From contig MCFE01000618.1 of assembly GCA_002104905.1 (NCBI GenBank), positions 1 to 52,433 of the forward strand: a stretch of DNA of 52,433 nucleotides, given 5' to 3'. The position numbers and the translations under genes are program-made. This document shows, piece after piece, positions 35,100 through 48,604 of this stretch. Each line of letters begins with the position of its first letter. Position 1 is the stretch's first letter. Under the pieces are notes generated by a model that saw only the letters and a program-made list of their open reading frames with translations, did not search any database and was not told where the DNA came from. Origin of the DNA: Basidiobolus meristosporus CBS 931.73 (taxonomy: Eukaryota > Fungi > Basidiobolomycota).

Positions 35100-36832
35100 A
35101 GATTAGTAGTATTAGTCAGCAGAGGAACCAAAAATATCTTATCAGACAGAGATAAATATACTAAGTAAATCTAATTGAGTGATGATGATGCAACCTAAAA
35201 GTCATCTGACACAATGTACATTAGAAAATACAATTTGTCAGTAATATATCTGGGAACCACAAATTTGAGTTTGTAATTGGAAAAACATGACTATTCATTG
35301 TAACCCATCAATTGAATAGAAAACCCATGCCACTCACACCTAAAATGATAAGCAGACTTATGATCTACTACCTGCTAGACTGGATTTTAGCTTGGTTAAA
35401 TACAGTGTGTATGATATAAGTGAACTCAGCAAAATACAGCTTGGTGGAGCACTTAGAAAAGGTACCCAGATGTTTCTGATTACTCTATGGACTGGCTCAA
35501 TGGAGCCACTATATTTGGCAAGAGCAACCACATATCAGGATACAACTAGATAAGGGTGGGACCAGAAAATATCCCCAAGACAGCATTTGGTACCAGATAT
35601 GGACAGTACAAGTACTTAGTCATTGGTTTTGGCCTCACCTATGCCCATAAAATATTCATGACCTTGATGCAAACTGTCTTCCAGGAGTGTTTAGACAAGT
35701 TTGTGGTAGTCTACCTAGTTGAAATACTGATATACAGCAAGACAAAAGAGGACCATATGGTTCACATTGTGGTGGTTTTGAAGATACCAAGAAAGTACCA
35801 GTAATATCGGAAGTTAGCAAATATCCTCAAAGCAAAATGTACAAGAAATATACTGTTATGGGCACAAGAAATAGTTGCTTCCAAAATCTCACTGCTTAAA
35901 GACATAGAGATGGTAAGTTGAAGAAGTCAAGAGCTCAGTGAAGATTGGTAATGCCTCATGCAAGTACATGTTGATTCTAAAGGTACTATCCCAAGGAATG
36001 AAAAGATGGATCAAATCTACTAAGCAATTTTGCTCCAAGATTGTCTACTGCCCTGGGAAAAACAATAGAGTTGCTGATGCCTTAAAAAGACCAGAACAAG
36101 TAGCACATCTCAGCTTTGTGTGTGAATCAGATTAATACAGCTTGTCACCATAGTACTTTGATGGCCAAGCTACTCCAAGTGAGGTTGATGAGGATAATAA
36201 CAAGATAATCCAGGATGAAGCCAGTAACTTGGAGGTACAGGATGCAACACTCTGACAAATTTTGAATAGAAGCCCTATTGCTTATTTTTTTTAATGTTGA
36301 TTGTATGGACTTATTACATCAGCAACACATTTGATAACAGCATCATGAAATTGAAGGACTCTATAGCTTTGCAATGGGCAGAGCATGGTGGCCCAGAAAA
36401 AACAAGGTATTGAGAAGCCAGTAAAAACATGCTTAAGTTGTCAATTCAACCAAGGCCAACCACAGAAACTTATTGAACTCCTTTACTTGAAGCCTCTGAG
36501 ATCATTTCAGAGATATGCTGCTGACTTTGTTGGAAAACTGCAAACTACAAGGAAATATGGCCAGTGGATCCAAGTAGCAATTGATCTTGCCACTCAATGC
36601 CCAGCCTCTAAAGCTGTGCTAGTAACCAATGAACAATAAGTTGCAAGTATCATTTCCCATCAGATCTGGATGTAGTATGGATCAGTTATAGGAAATATAT
36701 CATTTTCAATGGCAAAGTTAGTTTCAGCTTACTTGGCAATGTAGCAGATTAAACACCAGAAAACAATAGCATATAACACTAAAAATTATGTAGTCACAGA
36801 GCAGTTTCACAAATTATTTGCCAAATTGCTGA
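35100..36832 (+). mobile_element. Old, internally deleted gypsy family-A relic (partial LTR plus pol pieces)
   Basis: LTR-A-like 35100-35256, then PENIPKTAFGTRYG, YCPGKNNRVADAL, VKTCLSCQFNQGQPQ, collinear with A1 pol. Confidence 0.85.
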
Positions 36833-37190
36833 CTAAGTCAGCCATACATTTCACCTCTCTACTGAACTCTGGATGATTCTCTGCCTAGAGTGCTTTGTCT
36901 TGCCTACTTCAAGCAAATAGCCCATTCAGCCAGATGATAATACCATGAATGGCAGATAACACTGAAACTTTGCACAGTATTCCTTGTACTAGCCGGAATC
37001 AAAGTGCCTCTGCCCTACAGGAGTTCTGTGACTACCCACTGGAAAAATATAAACAATGCTCCTGATAGAGAACGTGTTGCTGCGCACTGCCAAAAGTGGA
37101 AATCTAGTAAAGCCTCTGTGCCTAGAACTCAAAGCTTGCTCCATGTTATTCAATAACCTTTGCAATGTGGTTCTCTAATGCCATCATCCA
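36833..37190 (-). pseudogene. Second Harbinger-like transposase relic
   Basis: Reverse complement aligns to 1340-1690 (e.g. GACAAAGCACTCTAGGCAGAGAATCATCCAGAGTTCAGTAGAG vs 1624-1666). Confidence 0.8.
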
Positions 37191-37621
37191 CAACAACACA
37201 AAGAGAGTCATAATCTTAAGCAGTAGCAATTATTGCAGCCCCTTGATGCTTGATCTGGATTGGATCCTCCTGCTGACTGAGAAATGTATTATGATGTTAC
37301 CATCAGAATTACAAAGAGGTCTTGAATATCTTAGAACTCCATCAAAGACCGTTAAATACAAATTGCACCACTAATTTCACAAAATATTATGGCAAAGTTT
37401 TGATTGCAACAGTAAGTAAGTGGCTTTTGATGGATTTTCCACTAATTTTCTCTCCTTAAAATTCTGAGAACTTAATTACCTTCTATGTTTATGTACATTG
37501 ACTTGTTATTAGCTCTTTTCCAGACTCTTTACTTCCTGACTCAACTAATGCACGTAGTATTTGTGCATAGTAGTTCTCTTATTCACAATGAATATTCAGT
37601 TGCAACTTAAATACCTACTAA

Positions 37622-37989
37622 TGTTACATGTCTTGATATGAGAGTTGTCAAGGAATAGGGAGTTTGGCTAGTATTCTATTCACCAAACTTGAGCTGACTT
37701 TTATTGAGGTTCCAACAGCTCCTTATTACAATTTGCCAGATTAATTGCTGATTAATTGTATTTCTTAATGGGGGTTGTTGCTGATAACTCATTTAATTGC
37801 ATCATCATCTCCCAATTAGATCTTATTTAATATATTTGTTTCTGTCTGATAAGGATTGGCTGATTAAATCTGCTGACTAATACTACTGACTTGACTGATG
37901 AGACTGAGATACTGATAGGCTAAGCATGAAACTAATTGGTATGACTAAAAACTGATCTAACTTAAATATTCAAGCCATAGATCATAACA
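37622..37989 (-). mobile_element. Old solo LTR of gypsy family A (368 bp)
   Basis: TGTTACA...ATCATAACA, full LTR length, roughly 80% identical by eye; TSD not recognisable (CTAA/TTAC). Confidence 0.88.
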
Positions 37990-38368
37990 TTACAATGGCC
38001 TAAACAAGTCCCTATACCCAGCACTAATATTAAGTCCAACCTTGCACCTAGCAAGTAACTCCAGTGGAGTACTACATTCAGTGAATATTCTTGCCCCAAC
38101 ATACTTTCCTACCACTTTAGCAGGAACTCTAGGGCTTTAAGCCTTTTTCACTTGCAAGATCCCATATAAACTGGTCCTCAGCCAGCACTGAATGAAGTAG
38201 CACCCTGTCTACTAGCCTTTGCAATGAATCCTACAATATTCAGGTTTCTTATTTGGAGCAATGCTTGTGATTCCCTATGAAAAACAATTTGGTCCTGCAG
38301 GTGGATTTGATACAGATCAGCTGTCTGGATCCCATTTAGAGACCGTCATAATACCAGCAGCTTGGGAT

Positions 38369-41300
38369 TGTTATGATCTGCCTCTTGAATGTTTAAGTTA
38401 GATCAGTCTTTAGTCAAATCAATTAGTATATGTTTAGGTTATCAGTACATCAGTATTATCTATGAAATCAGTAGCATTAGTCAGCAAATGAATCAGCAGA
38501 TCCTTATCAGACAGAAATAGACATATTAAGTAGGATCTTATTGGGTGATGATGATGCAATCAAATGAGTCATCAGCCACATCCTACATTAGGAAACACAA
38601 TTAGTCAGCAATTGATCTGGCAAAATGCATATAAGGAGCTGCTGGAACCTCAATAAAAATCAGTTCAAGTTTTAGTGAATACAATACTAGCTAAACTCCC
38701 TATTCCTCTACAACTCTTATACCAAGACTTGTAACATTGGTAGCAGCAATAACCAGAAACCTCCCTCCTGAAGAAAGAAGAGACCACCCTCAAGATGTTG
38801 GACAATCAAGAATGGAAGAATGCCATGCAGCAAATCCTGGCCCAACAGCAACAGTTACTTCAGATCCTCAGCCAACAGCAACAAGGAATGACTACCATGG
38901 CTCAAAGCCAGCAAAGCCCTGTCAAGAACAACTTTAGTGTGAAGGTCAACCGGTCCCATGGCAGAGTCAATGAAAACCTGGGAACTTGGCTCTTCCAGAT
39001 TGAAGAAGCTTTTAAAGCTAAAGGAATTGCTCCAGAGAGCAAGTTGCTTTATGCAGCTTCTTACCTGGCAGATGCAGCTTTACAGTGGTACCACAACAAG
39101 ATCAGGTCAGCTACTATGATGGGATGCTCTACAATCTCTACCTGGGATGAGTTTGTGTTGGAAATTCAGGATGCTTTTGAACCTCCACACCAGTAGACAC
39201 TACTAAGAAGGAAGTTAAAGACAATCAGACAGAAAGGAATGGTGCAAGAATACATCTATGAGTACAGATGTCTACTTGGACAAATTGAAAGAATGGACCC
39301 CTTGGATCAAGTTGAATACTTTATTGATGGGTTGAAAGAAAGAACTTGCATAGAAGTGAGTTACCAAAGACCTCAGACTATTGAAGAAGCCTTCAAGATT
39401 GCCATTGACTATGACTCAGCTATGTTTGGAGTTGGGAAGCCTACAGTGACTAATCAAAAAGGCTACAATCATTATGAAAGAAGACAATCAGAAGCAGTAC
39501 CAATGGAAATAGACACTATGCAGAAGAATCCTACCTCAGAAGAATGTAAGAAGAAAGGACTTTGCTTCAATTGCCACCAGCAAGGACATATTGCAAAGTA
39601 CTGCCCTCAGAGAAGAAATGGACACCAGCCAACAAGAACCTTCAACCATGTTGAGTCCCATGAACACAGTAATGTGGAAGATGAGCTTGAAGAAGACTTG
39701 GAACTCACCTTCCATATGACAGAAGAGTACTTGTCCCAAGTGACCTCAAACTCAGGGAAGTTATTGTACTTGAATGGAGTAATCAATGGAGTACCTGCCA
39801 AGATCATGATTGACTCAGGAGCATTGCATGAGTACATGTTGGAGCAATTTGCCTTGAAAGCTGGTATCAACTTGGAACCTACCAAATCAACTCCAGTCTC
39901 CACAGCTGATGGGAACTCTCACATAATCAACCGTATTACCCAGCCTGTAAGAATGAAGATCAATGACTATGAAGAAAACCTACAGGCTTATATATTTGGG
40001 AACTGCAAGTTTGACCTTGTACTTGGAAAAACCTGGATATTTTGTTGTAATCCATCAATCAACTGGAGAACCCATGCTACTCAGATCCAAAAAGACAACA
40101 AGACCTATGGGCTATTACCTGCCAGGCTGGATTTCAACTTGGTCAATTCCAGTGTGAGACAAGTGAACTTAGCAAGACCCAGTTCTGTAGAGCACTTACA
40201 AAAGGCACCAAGATGTTCCTCATGGCAGTTTTACAGGAGGATTCCTCTACCCCAGCACCCCAGCAGGTCCAGACTCTCTTGAAGAAATATTCAGACGTGT
40301 TTCCAGATGAGCTTGTAAGCCTACAACCAGTCAGAGACGCGGATCATGCCATTGAAACAGGAGATAGCCCTCCAGTGAGCAAGACACCTTACAGAATGAG
40401 TCCATTGGAATTGGAGGAAATGAAGAGACAAATTGATTAGCTATTGGAGCAAGGATACATCAGGCCTAGCAAGTCACCCTGGGGAGCACCAGTGCTTTTT
40501 GTGAAAAAGAAGGATGGAACACTTATGATGTGCACTGACTACAAAGCCCTGAACTCAGTTACCGTCAAGAATAAGTACCCCATACCTTGGATTGATGAGC
40601 TTTTGGACCAACTTAATGTAGCCACTATTTTCAGCAAGATTGACCTCATGTCAGGATACAACCAAATTAGGGTGAAACCAGAAGATATTCCTAAGACAGC
40701 ATTTAGGACCAGATATGGACATTACAAGTACTTAGTCATGAGTTTTGGCCTTACCAATGCCCCTGCAACTTTCATGATGCTGATGCAGACTGTCTTTCAG
40801 CAGTACTTAGACAAGTTTGTGATAATCTATGTGGATGACATATTGATATACAGCAAGACAGAAGAGGATCACAAAGTGCACATTGAAAAGGTCTTGAAGA
40901 AACTAAGAGAGAACAAGCTATAAGGCAAGCTAGCCAAGTGTGAATTCTTCAAGGAACACGTTGAATACCTGGGACACATAGTGACTAGCACAGGAGTGAC
41001 CTTAGACCCTAAGAAGGTTGAAGTTATCAAGAATTTGAAGTAGCCCCATAGCATATCAGAACTCAGATCCTTCCTTGGAATGGTTTCCTATTATTGGAGA
41101 TTTGTCAAGTTATTTGCAAGTATTGCAGCCCCGTTAACTGATATCCTCAAGAAAGACAATACCTACAAGTGGGACATAGCTTGTGAGACTGCCTTCCAGA
41201 AGCTCAAGAATGAACTTGCTAAGCTGCCAAGCCTAAGAATATCAGACTTCACAAAAGAGTTCACTCTGTGCATAGATGCTTCAGATTATGCAATTGGTGG

Positions 41301-43302
41301 AGTGCTGAGCCAAGAACACAAGGGAAAGGACTACCCTGTTGCCTTTGAATCCAAGAAACTGAACTCAGCAGAACAAAACTATCCAGTGCATGAGAAGGAG
41401 ATGCTTGCTATAATACACTGTTTGAAGACATGGAGATGCTATATTGAAGGAGTCAAATGCACTGTGAAGGCTGATCATGCCTCTCTCAAGTATATATTTA
41501 CTCAGAAGGTACTCTCTAGAAGAATGACAAGATGGAGTGAATACATTCAGCAATTTGACCTGGAGATTGTCTACTGTCATGGAAAAAACAACATGGTTGC
41601 TGATGCCTTATCAAGATTAGATGAAGTTGCACAACTCAACTTGGTGCTTGTATCAGATTGGCCTAGCCTATTACCAAAGTACTTGGAGGACCAAGCCATT
41701 CCTAATGAGGACGATGAAGATATCAAGAAGATAATCCGTGATGAAGCCAGCAAATTTGTTGTACAGGATGAAACACTCTACTGAATTGTTGATGGAAGCC
41801 CTATTGCCTATTGTCCTTATGTTGCTTGCCTGGATCTAATACATAAGCTACACAATGGATATGGACATCTTGGGATTGAAGGAATCTATAGCCTTGTGAA
41901 AGCCAGAGCATGGTGGCCCAGAATGAAACAAGACATTGAGAAGCTAGTAAAAACATGCCCAAACTGCCAAATCAATCAAGGCCAGCCACAAAGAATTGCC
42001 AAACTCTTCCCTTTGAAGCCTGTATGTCCATTTGAGAGATGGGGAATTGACTTTATTGGAAGACTGCCAACTACCAGGAAATGCAACCGTTGGATCCTAG
42101 TAGCAATTGATCATGCCACTAAATGGCCAGTTGCTAAAGCTGTACCAATAGCCAATGAACAAGAAGTTGCAAGTTTCATTTACCATGAGATCCTGATGAA
42201 GTTTGTATGCCCTGTGGAGATCTTATCCAATAGAGGTGCAAATTTTATGGCAAAGACATTAGAGGCTTACCTGGAAATGCAGCAGATCAGACACTTGAAA
42301 ACCTCAGCATATCACCCCAGAACTAATGGAGTCACTGAGCGGTTTAATGGATTATTTGGAAAAATGCTGACCAAGTATGCAAATGGAGTTGTCAGTAGAT
42401 GGGATGAGTATATAGACCAAGCACTCTTTGCATGCAGAGTCAGAGTACACAACACCACCCAGCAATCACCATTTTACTTAGTTTATGGATGTGAAGCAGG
42501 GATTCCAGGAGATCTCACACAACCAAAACTTACAGACACCTTAGAAGATGAACTCAGTCAGCCAAGTAAACACCAGCAACTGGAACAAAGACGTCAAGAG
42601 GCACAGACTAAAGTATCTCAAAGTGCAGAAAAGATGAAGCAGAGATTTGATAAGACTATAGCACCAGAAGCATTCACAGTTGGGAACTTTGTATTGCTAA
42701 GAAACAACATTTGGAAGAAGTTTGAGCCACAATGGACAGGACCATTCAAGATCATCAGAGAATGTCCATTTGCAACTTACCAACTGGTGGACAAACAAGG
42801 CAATATCTGGGAAGACTTAGTGCATAGGGACAGACTCAAGCTTGCAAGACTTGCTGATAATACTGATCCATCAAGGTATTGGTATCACAAGAAAAGAGAT
42901 TCAGGAGAACCCTCTCAACTTTAGTAGAGGAGAATGTTATGATCTGCCGCTTGAATGTTTAAGTTAGATCAGTTTTTAGTCAAATCAATTAGTATATGTT
43001 TAGGTTATCAGTATATCAGTATTATCTATGAAATCAGTAGCATTAGTCAGCAAATGAATCAGCAGATCCTTATCAGACAGAAATAGACATATTAAGTAGG
43101 ATCTTATTGGGTGATGATGATGCAATCAAATGAGTCATCAGCCACATCCTACATTAGGAAATACAATTAGTCAGCAATTGATCTGGCAAAATGTATATAA
43201 GGAGCTGCTGGAACCTCAATAAAAATCAGTTCAAGTTTTAGTGAATACAATACTAGCTAAACTCCCTATTCCTCTACAACTCTTCTACCAAGACTTGTGA
43301 CA
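38369..43302 (+). mobile_element. Full-length Ty3/gypsy family A, copy 2
   Basis: LTRs 38369-38736 and 42935-43302 (7 differences in 368 bp); TSD GGAT/GAAT; same PBS and PPT as A1. Confidence 0.97.
38795..42924 (+). pseudogene. gag-pol: Gypsy A2 gag-pol (five stops, one 4-bp deletion near 40150)
   Basis: Same domains as A1; RT motif YVDD; integrase ORF 41896-42924 is open with D,D,E intact. Confidence 0.95.
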
Positions 43303-43399
43303 GAATTAGTGACCCTCCTGAAGATCTTATGGCAGGATCATGAAGGTATTTTACTAGTTTACAACCAAATAAAGGGATAAAACTTGACAAGATTTAATT

Positions 43400-46300
43400 G
43401 GTGCTGTGACAATATTTGCATGGTTTTGTTGCGGTCTGTTAGTGCTCTATAACTAATTTAAATGGGTCCAATTGGCCAGGGCATCCAATTGCCTTATGTG
43501 GCAAAAAACCTGAAGGTATTGCAATGGCCTCACAGCAAGACTCTGATGGTATTTTATTGGCAGTATGACAGCCTGCAGCTGATTCTGTATAATGCTACCA
43601 TACCAAAATACTACATGATATTACCTTCTTCTACCTCCCCTTGCACAATTCAGATATTCCACTGCAGAATCACCCCTCTTTATTTGAATACCCACTACTA
43701 CCTTTGGTATTCCACATATAGTTTGAATCAAAAGAAACTATGGCCTCCTGCTTACTAACCTCTACAAATGTGCACACCTGCTGCAATTGACATACTTCTA
43801 TCACCTCAACTTCAAGGCTTTTTAGTGTAACTCTTGCAAAGTTGCCATACACCTTGTACTGCTGAAAACATATACATCTTGCAAACATATGCTTAGTTGT
43901 TGCCACTTCTGCCATGAATACCTCCTGAATATCCGCAAAAAACTTCTTGGTATTTAGCCAATATATTCCTTCTCCCTGCTGGATTCTAGCCCCCCTTATA
44001 GGTGTCCTCTGGCTTTTGTTTGCGTGAAGTCCATATTGAATGGTGTAGAAGTTGGCTTGTGACTGCAAGAGATCCAGCATACCTAGGTAAAGTTTTCCTG
44101 ATAAAAATTAGTTGCTTGTTGCACCCAACCCAACTTTGCATTACTTAGCTGATTACCCATACATTGGGGCTACTTAGCTTCTTAATACCATAGGCATAGG
44201 TGTCTTCACATGTACATTTGTCCTCAGTATTTTCCAACTCTTCCTGGCTGTCCTCCATGTGCCAACTCATCACATCCATGAAGAACTTGAAGGTAATATT
44301 TTTGATGAGATTGAGATATGGTAGTACCTGCAACTTGACAGGCCTTTCTATTTCCCCACCCCTCTGCTTCATAGGAAGCTCCCAAAAGGTGAAACAAGGC
44401 CCAATATTCTTTGCACACCATGTTAGATGGGGTAGAGAATGGATACATTAGTGGAAAGACATATGTGCTTTCAACTTCTTGTTTGTGACATAGACGCTCA
44501 AATCCTGTCATAAACTCCTCACACAACAGCTGTAGATGCATTGTGGTGGTGTACAGGTTAAAGGGAGAGATACATCCAACACTCCTCAGCTGTTTTGTGT
44601 GTGGGGTGTTCACTGGGTGCAATAACCACTGGCAAAAGCTTGCTAGGATTACTTGGGTTCTGTCTCTAATCTAATGTGATGGGGGATAAAGCCACATGCT
44701 TGTCAAGGGAAAACTATTGAGCTACAATCCCCAAATTAGTTGGCGTCTTAACAAAAGTATGCACTGGGTTTATTGTCCTTTGAGATGATAATGTACTAAA
44801 GCTTCCAAAGTCAAAACAATTGTAAACTCCACCAGCAGGGACTTGATAAGAATGCAGCTGTGGTCAATAGTTACAAAGGCAGAAAAGTATCTTTGCCTGT
44901 ACACGATCAAACTTGGGAAAGAATCAAATATAATAAAAGATACCTACACTGAGTATTCCTTACAGGTTGTGCCTCCAATGTCAGTTGGCTGTCAGCATGG
45001 TTTCCTGGGAGGGTCCTGTGGTCTGGGGTTGGAAGCTCAGGTAGCAGCAAGTAGCAGTGATCACACTAATCAACAAGTTGGTATATTGATAAAAGGGATG
45101 ATGATTTATTATTGAGGGATAGCCTCCCTTGTATACTTTTCTTATTAGCTAAGTGATTACTAATCATGGTGTTCCAGAAGGTTCCAAATATCAATAGAAA
45201 TATTAATGACTTCAGAATGACCTAAGAATGTTCTGAGTAGGTGCTGGAAGGTTCTAAGAGGCACAGCACATCCAACCAATCAGGAATCACTACTCTGAAA
45301 CTTGTGTAATATAGGGATACCATATATAGTATCAAAATGGTAGGGATGGTAACACAGGTTGATCATATGTCTTTGGTACTGGCGCAGGTACTTGCCTAAT
45401 ATAGAAGCACTTATAGCCAGTAATCTTACATAAAGTGAGGGATAACTTATTCAATAAGGTAAGTAGGTGTGATAGTCAACTGGCTAATGGGATAGTACTG
45501 ATCAGGTAAGACAAATGGGATAAAACTAAAATAAGTGTAGTAGAGATATAGGGAAGTAGTGAATATGGGAATGAGCTCATCTGTCAGTGGGTGTCACTGT
45601 CACCCTACTAGAGCATCAAGTTGACATTGGTGATCTACTTCTGGATAAATATTCCTACAATGCCCACATGTAACTCCCAATGCTTCCAAAATACTCTTGG
45701 TAGGAATGGCTTCAGAGCGCTACTTGCATAAATACATATCCAGATCATCCAGTGTTTACATTTGTATTGTCAAATATGTGTATGAATATTAATTGGTGCC
45801 TGTAAGAAGTACTCAGGGTAGCAGATACTCTGTAATATCTTGCCAATTTTTTCAAATTTCTCTGGTACCTCAAAGGGCTCATTTAGCTTGAAATGCCCCA
45901 TGTACAACTTGTGATCAGTATAGGGATATTGTTGAAAAGCAAATGCATTGCTCCCAGTGGAAAGATTTTGCTCCATCATACACCCTCTATCTTAAGTATC
46001 ACTGGTTTGCAATTGATTCCATATTCTGGCCAATGGCTTATAACTTGCCAGCTTTACTGTAATTGCATGCAGACTTCTGTATGTTCTCTCTGTGGAAAGA
46101 TGATGTTCTGAGTGCTGGTTTTTGGGTAATAATAATGTCTGTGAGTTATGGAGTAAATCCCATGGATCTTACATATTCAACAGCAATACAATCCATTGTG
46201 CCCAGAAACGCCTGCTTTCTTGCTGATGGCTGGGGTATCTCCAATGCAGATAATAATATGCGCTTTTACATGATGCCCATTTACTGTTATCCTGCTGGAA

Positions 46301-47452
46301 AGCATATAATTTTCATAAAGCAATAGATAGAGTTAGATATCCAGGTTGGACAGTGATTAGACCCAGATACCAGTGAGACTACCATCAATTTATTGCTCTT
46401 ATACAGTAAGATGGGTGGCAGATTCATATTAATGAGAATCAGTGGCCAGCAGGATTTGCTGGTAGGGCACTTGTTAGATGAGAATCCATCAAGTGCTAAA
46501 GCAAAGGCATGGTCATACATACCTTCAAAGTAGCCTTTGCTTCTTAGCTGTTTGTAATGTTTGCCATCAAATATATTGGATATGTTTGCACTAGATAGAT
46601 ACTGAGTGCGGTACTGTAGAGCTTTGCAATACTTGTTAGACTGCATCAGCTTCCTCAGATGGGGTATGACTGGAATATATCCAGAGTGTGAACAATGTTT
46701 TCCCTCAGTGGTGGTGAATTCCTGACAATTTGGACACATTACAATGGTAGCATTTATGGATGTGAATGCCATGTAACTGTTAACACATGCTGGAATCAGG
46801 ACAGTCTCTGGATCATATGCTGCCAGCCGCATGATGGTTGTCCACTTGTACCATGTACATGGTAAGTTGCATCCCAGTATGATTTAAGCAAGAAGTATTA
46901 ATAAATCCTCAAAGCCCCCATCACTGATATTACTGGAATATGCCACCTCTCTAGCCACAACATTACATCATTCACCAGTAGATGGATTACCAGGCTCACT
47001 TGGCTCCATAAAGTATCCTTATCATTTGTTTCAGCAGGTGTTGTCTCACTGCATATAGGGATTTGACTGGGCTCATACAGGGTACTGCTGTTAGGGGAGA
47101 TAGGCTCAAGATCTATCAATGAGCCTTCTTTGTTAGAGTTATCACTCTTTGTGCCATATTCAGAAGGCTGTGGGGAGCCTAAAGGTGTCACAAACTCACC
47201 TGACTCAGTTTGCGCAGGGTGACAAAGATGGCCAGATGCCAATATTGAAGTATCAACTGGCTGGCAAGATAATTTTGATACAGTAGTGACCAATGAATGG
47301 TCAAATATGACTTGTGTAGCAAAACACTGACCATGATCCTTGTAAAACTTCCTATGCTGTCTGTGTGCTTCATGTCTGAGCAGCTTACTATAGTAGCCAC
47401 AAGGTATTTTTTCTATTCTCTTAAGGCATTAGGTCAAGGTGGTTTTGTACAT
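43400..47452 (-). pseudogene. CACTA transposase, copy 2 (split by LTR-B)
   Basis: NISNIFDGKHYKQL, ALALDGF, SCWPLILINMNLPP, IGDTPAISK..GHNG..C..C.I.GIY, CEEFMTGFE; C-terminal fragment 43670-44080. Confidence 0.9.
44542..45612 (-). mobile_element. Solo LTR, family B (1071 bp), in the CACTA transposase
   Basis: TSD GCAT (44538-44541/45613-45616); removal restores a sequence matching uninterrupted 5591-5650. Confidence 0.95.
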
Positions 47453-47653
47453 GGGGTAAACAGTTTGACCTTCAACAATATAACACTATTATATCATTTT
47501 TTGCCAATACTCATGTGAGCTCAAGACAGTCTTGTATTTGAGACATTGCACCTACATGAATATAAGATTCAATGATGACCTGCATAGTAAGCATTATAAG
47601 TAAAGTTGTGGCGCCACATACACATGTATATGTAACAATATTTCCCCTTTGGT

Positions 47654-48604
47654 TTGACTCACTTCCATACATATGCTGCCAAAGAATATAGCAAAGTAGT
47701 CTGGTTCCCAACCAAGCCCCACAGCTGACTGCAACAGAAGAATGGTTGGACAACAGCTTGCTTTGACATTCTGTGCAACAAGTGGGGCTACATCTTAAAA
47801 AGGCCCTGTGGACAGTGTGCCCATTGAAGGTAATAATGTGGACTTCTCATGCTCTCAGTCAAGTAGGCAGTTGAGAACCTTTGTGGAGCTACAAGCTGAT
47901 GGTTATACTCATGCAGATAAGAATGTAGCAAATGCACTACCCTCAGTCAAAGACCAGCAAGTGTCTATGATAACATTACCACGTCCCATATTAGCAAGAA
48001 TGCTGTCAGCTCATACCAAAGCATTAACAAAGCTATCAGGTACAATGACTGATAGGATAGATGCAATGGCCTAGAGAAATCAGGAAATAGCCCCAAAACT
48101 GAATGAGGGCCCATACATGTAGAGCAATCAAAAGTACAGGTAGAGAAAGCAGTATCTTTGCTGCTATGAAGGAACTCAAGTAGCTGAATGTCACAGCCAA
48201 GAATTGAGCCATTTTCCAATGTAACAGCAGAGGAACTCTGTACAGTCTTTGAAGTACAACAACAGTGCCCAAAGATAGAGCCCACAGAAAAACCTATCAC
48301 AGCATGGGAGGGAGACAATGTGGTGCTAATACCAAAGCCTAAAAATCAAAAGACACTTAAGATCCATGAAGCTGTTGAGTGCAATAATGAAGAATGGGCT
48401 AATAGACAAGAGGCTACCAGAAGTCTAGCATGCCATCACCTTAAGGTGGGCATACCATGGGACCATCAGGAGCTCAAGGCTAAGCAGAATGCACTTGACT
48501 TGTTCCATGAGCATTATGCTAGATTCAAACAGGCAAACAGATTTTGGGCCAGCATTGGTATGCTAAGAAAGTATCTTAAAAATAGCAGAAACTATGAAAG
48601 GTAG
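47654..48604 (+). pseudogene. CACTA ORF2, copy 2 (most complete)
   Basis: Frameshifted ORFs 47808-48074 and 48188-48604, ending KVGIPWDHQELKAKQNALDLFHEHYARFKQANRFWASIGMLRKYLKN. Confidence 0.7.

Noticed and set aside
11320-45612. All three LTR-B insertions are co-oriented with their host ORF
   Set aside because: n=3 is compatible with chance, and the LTR orientation is itself inferred.
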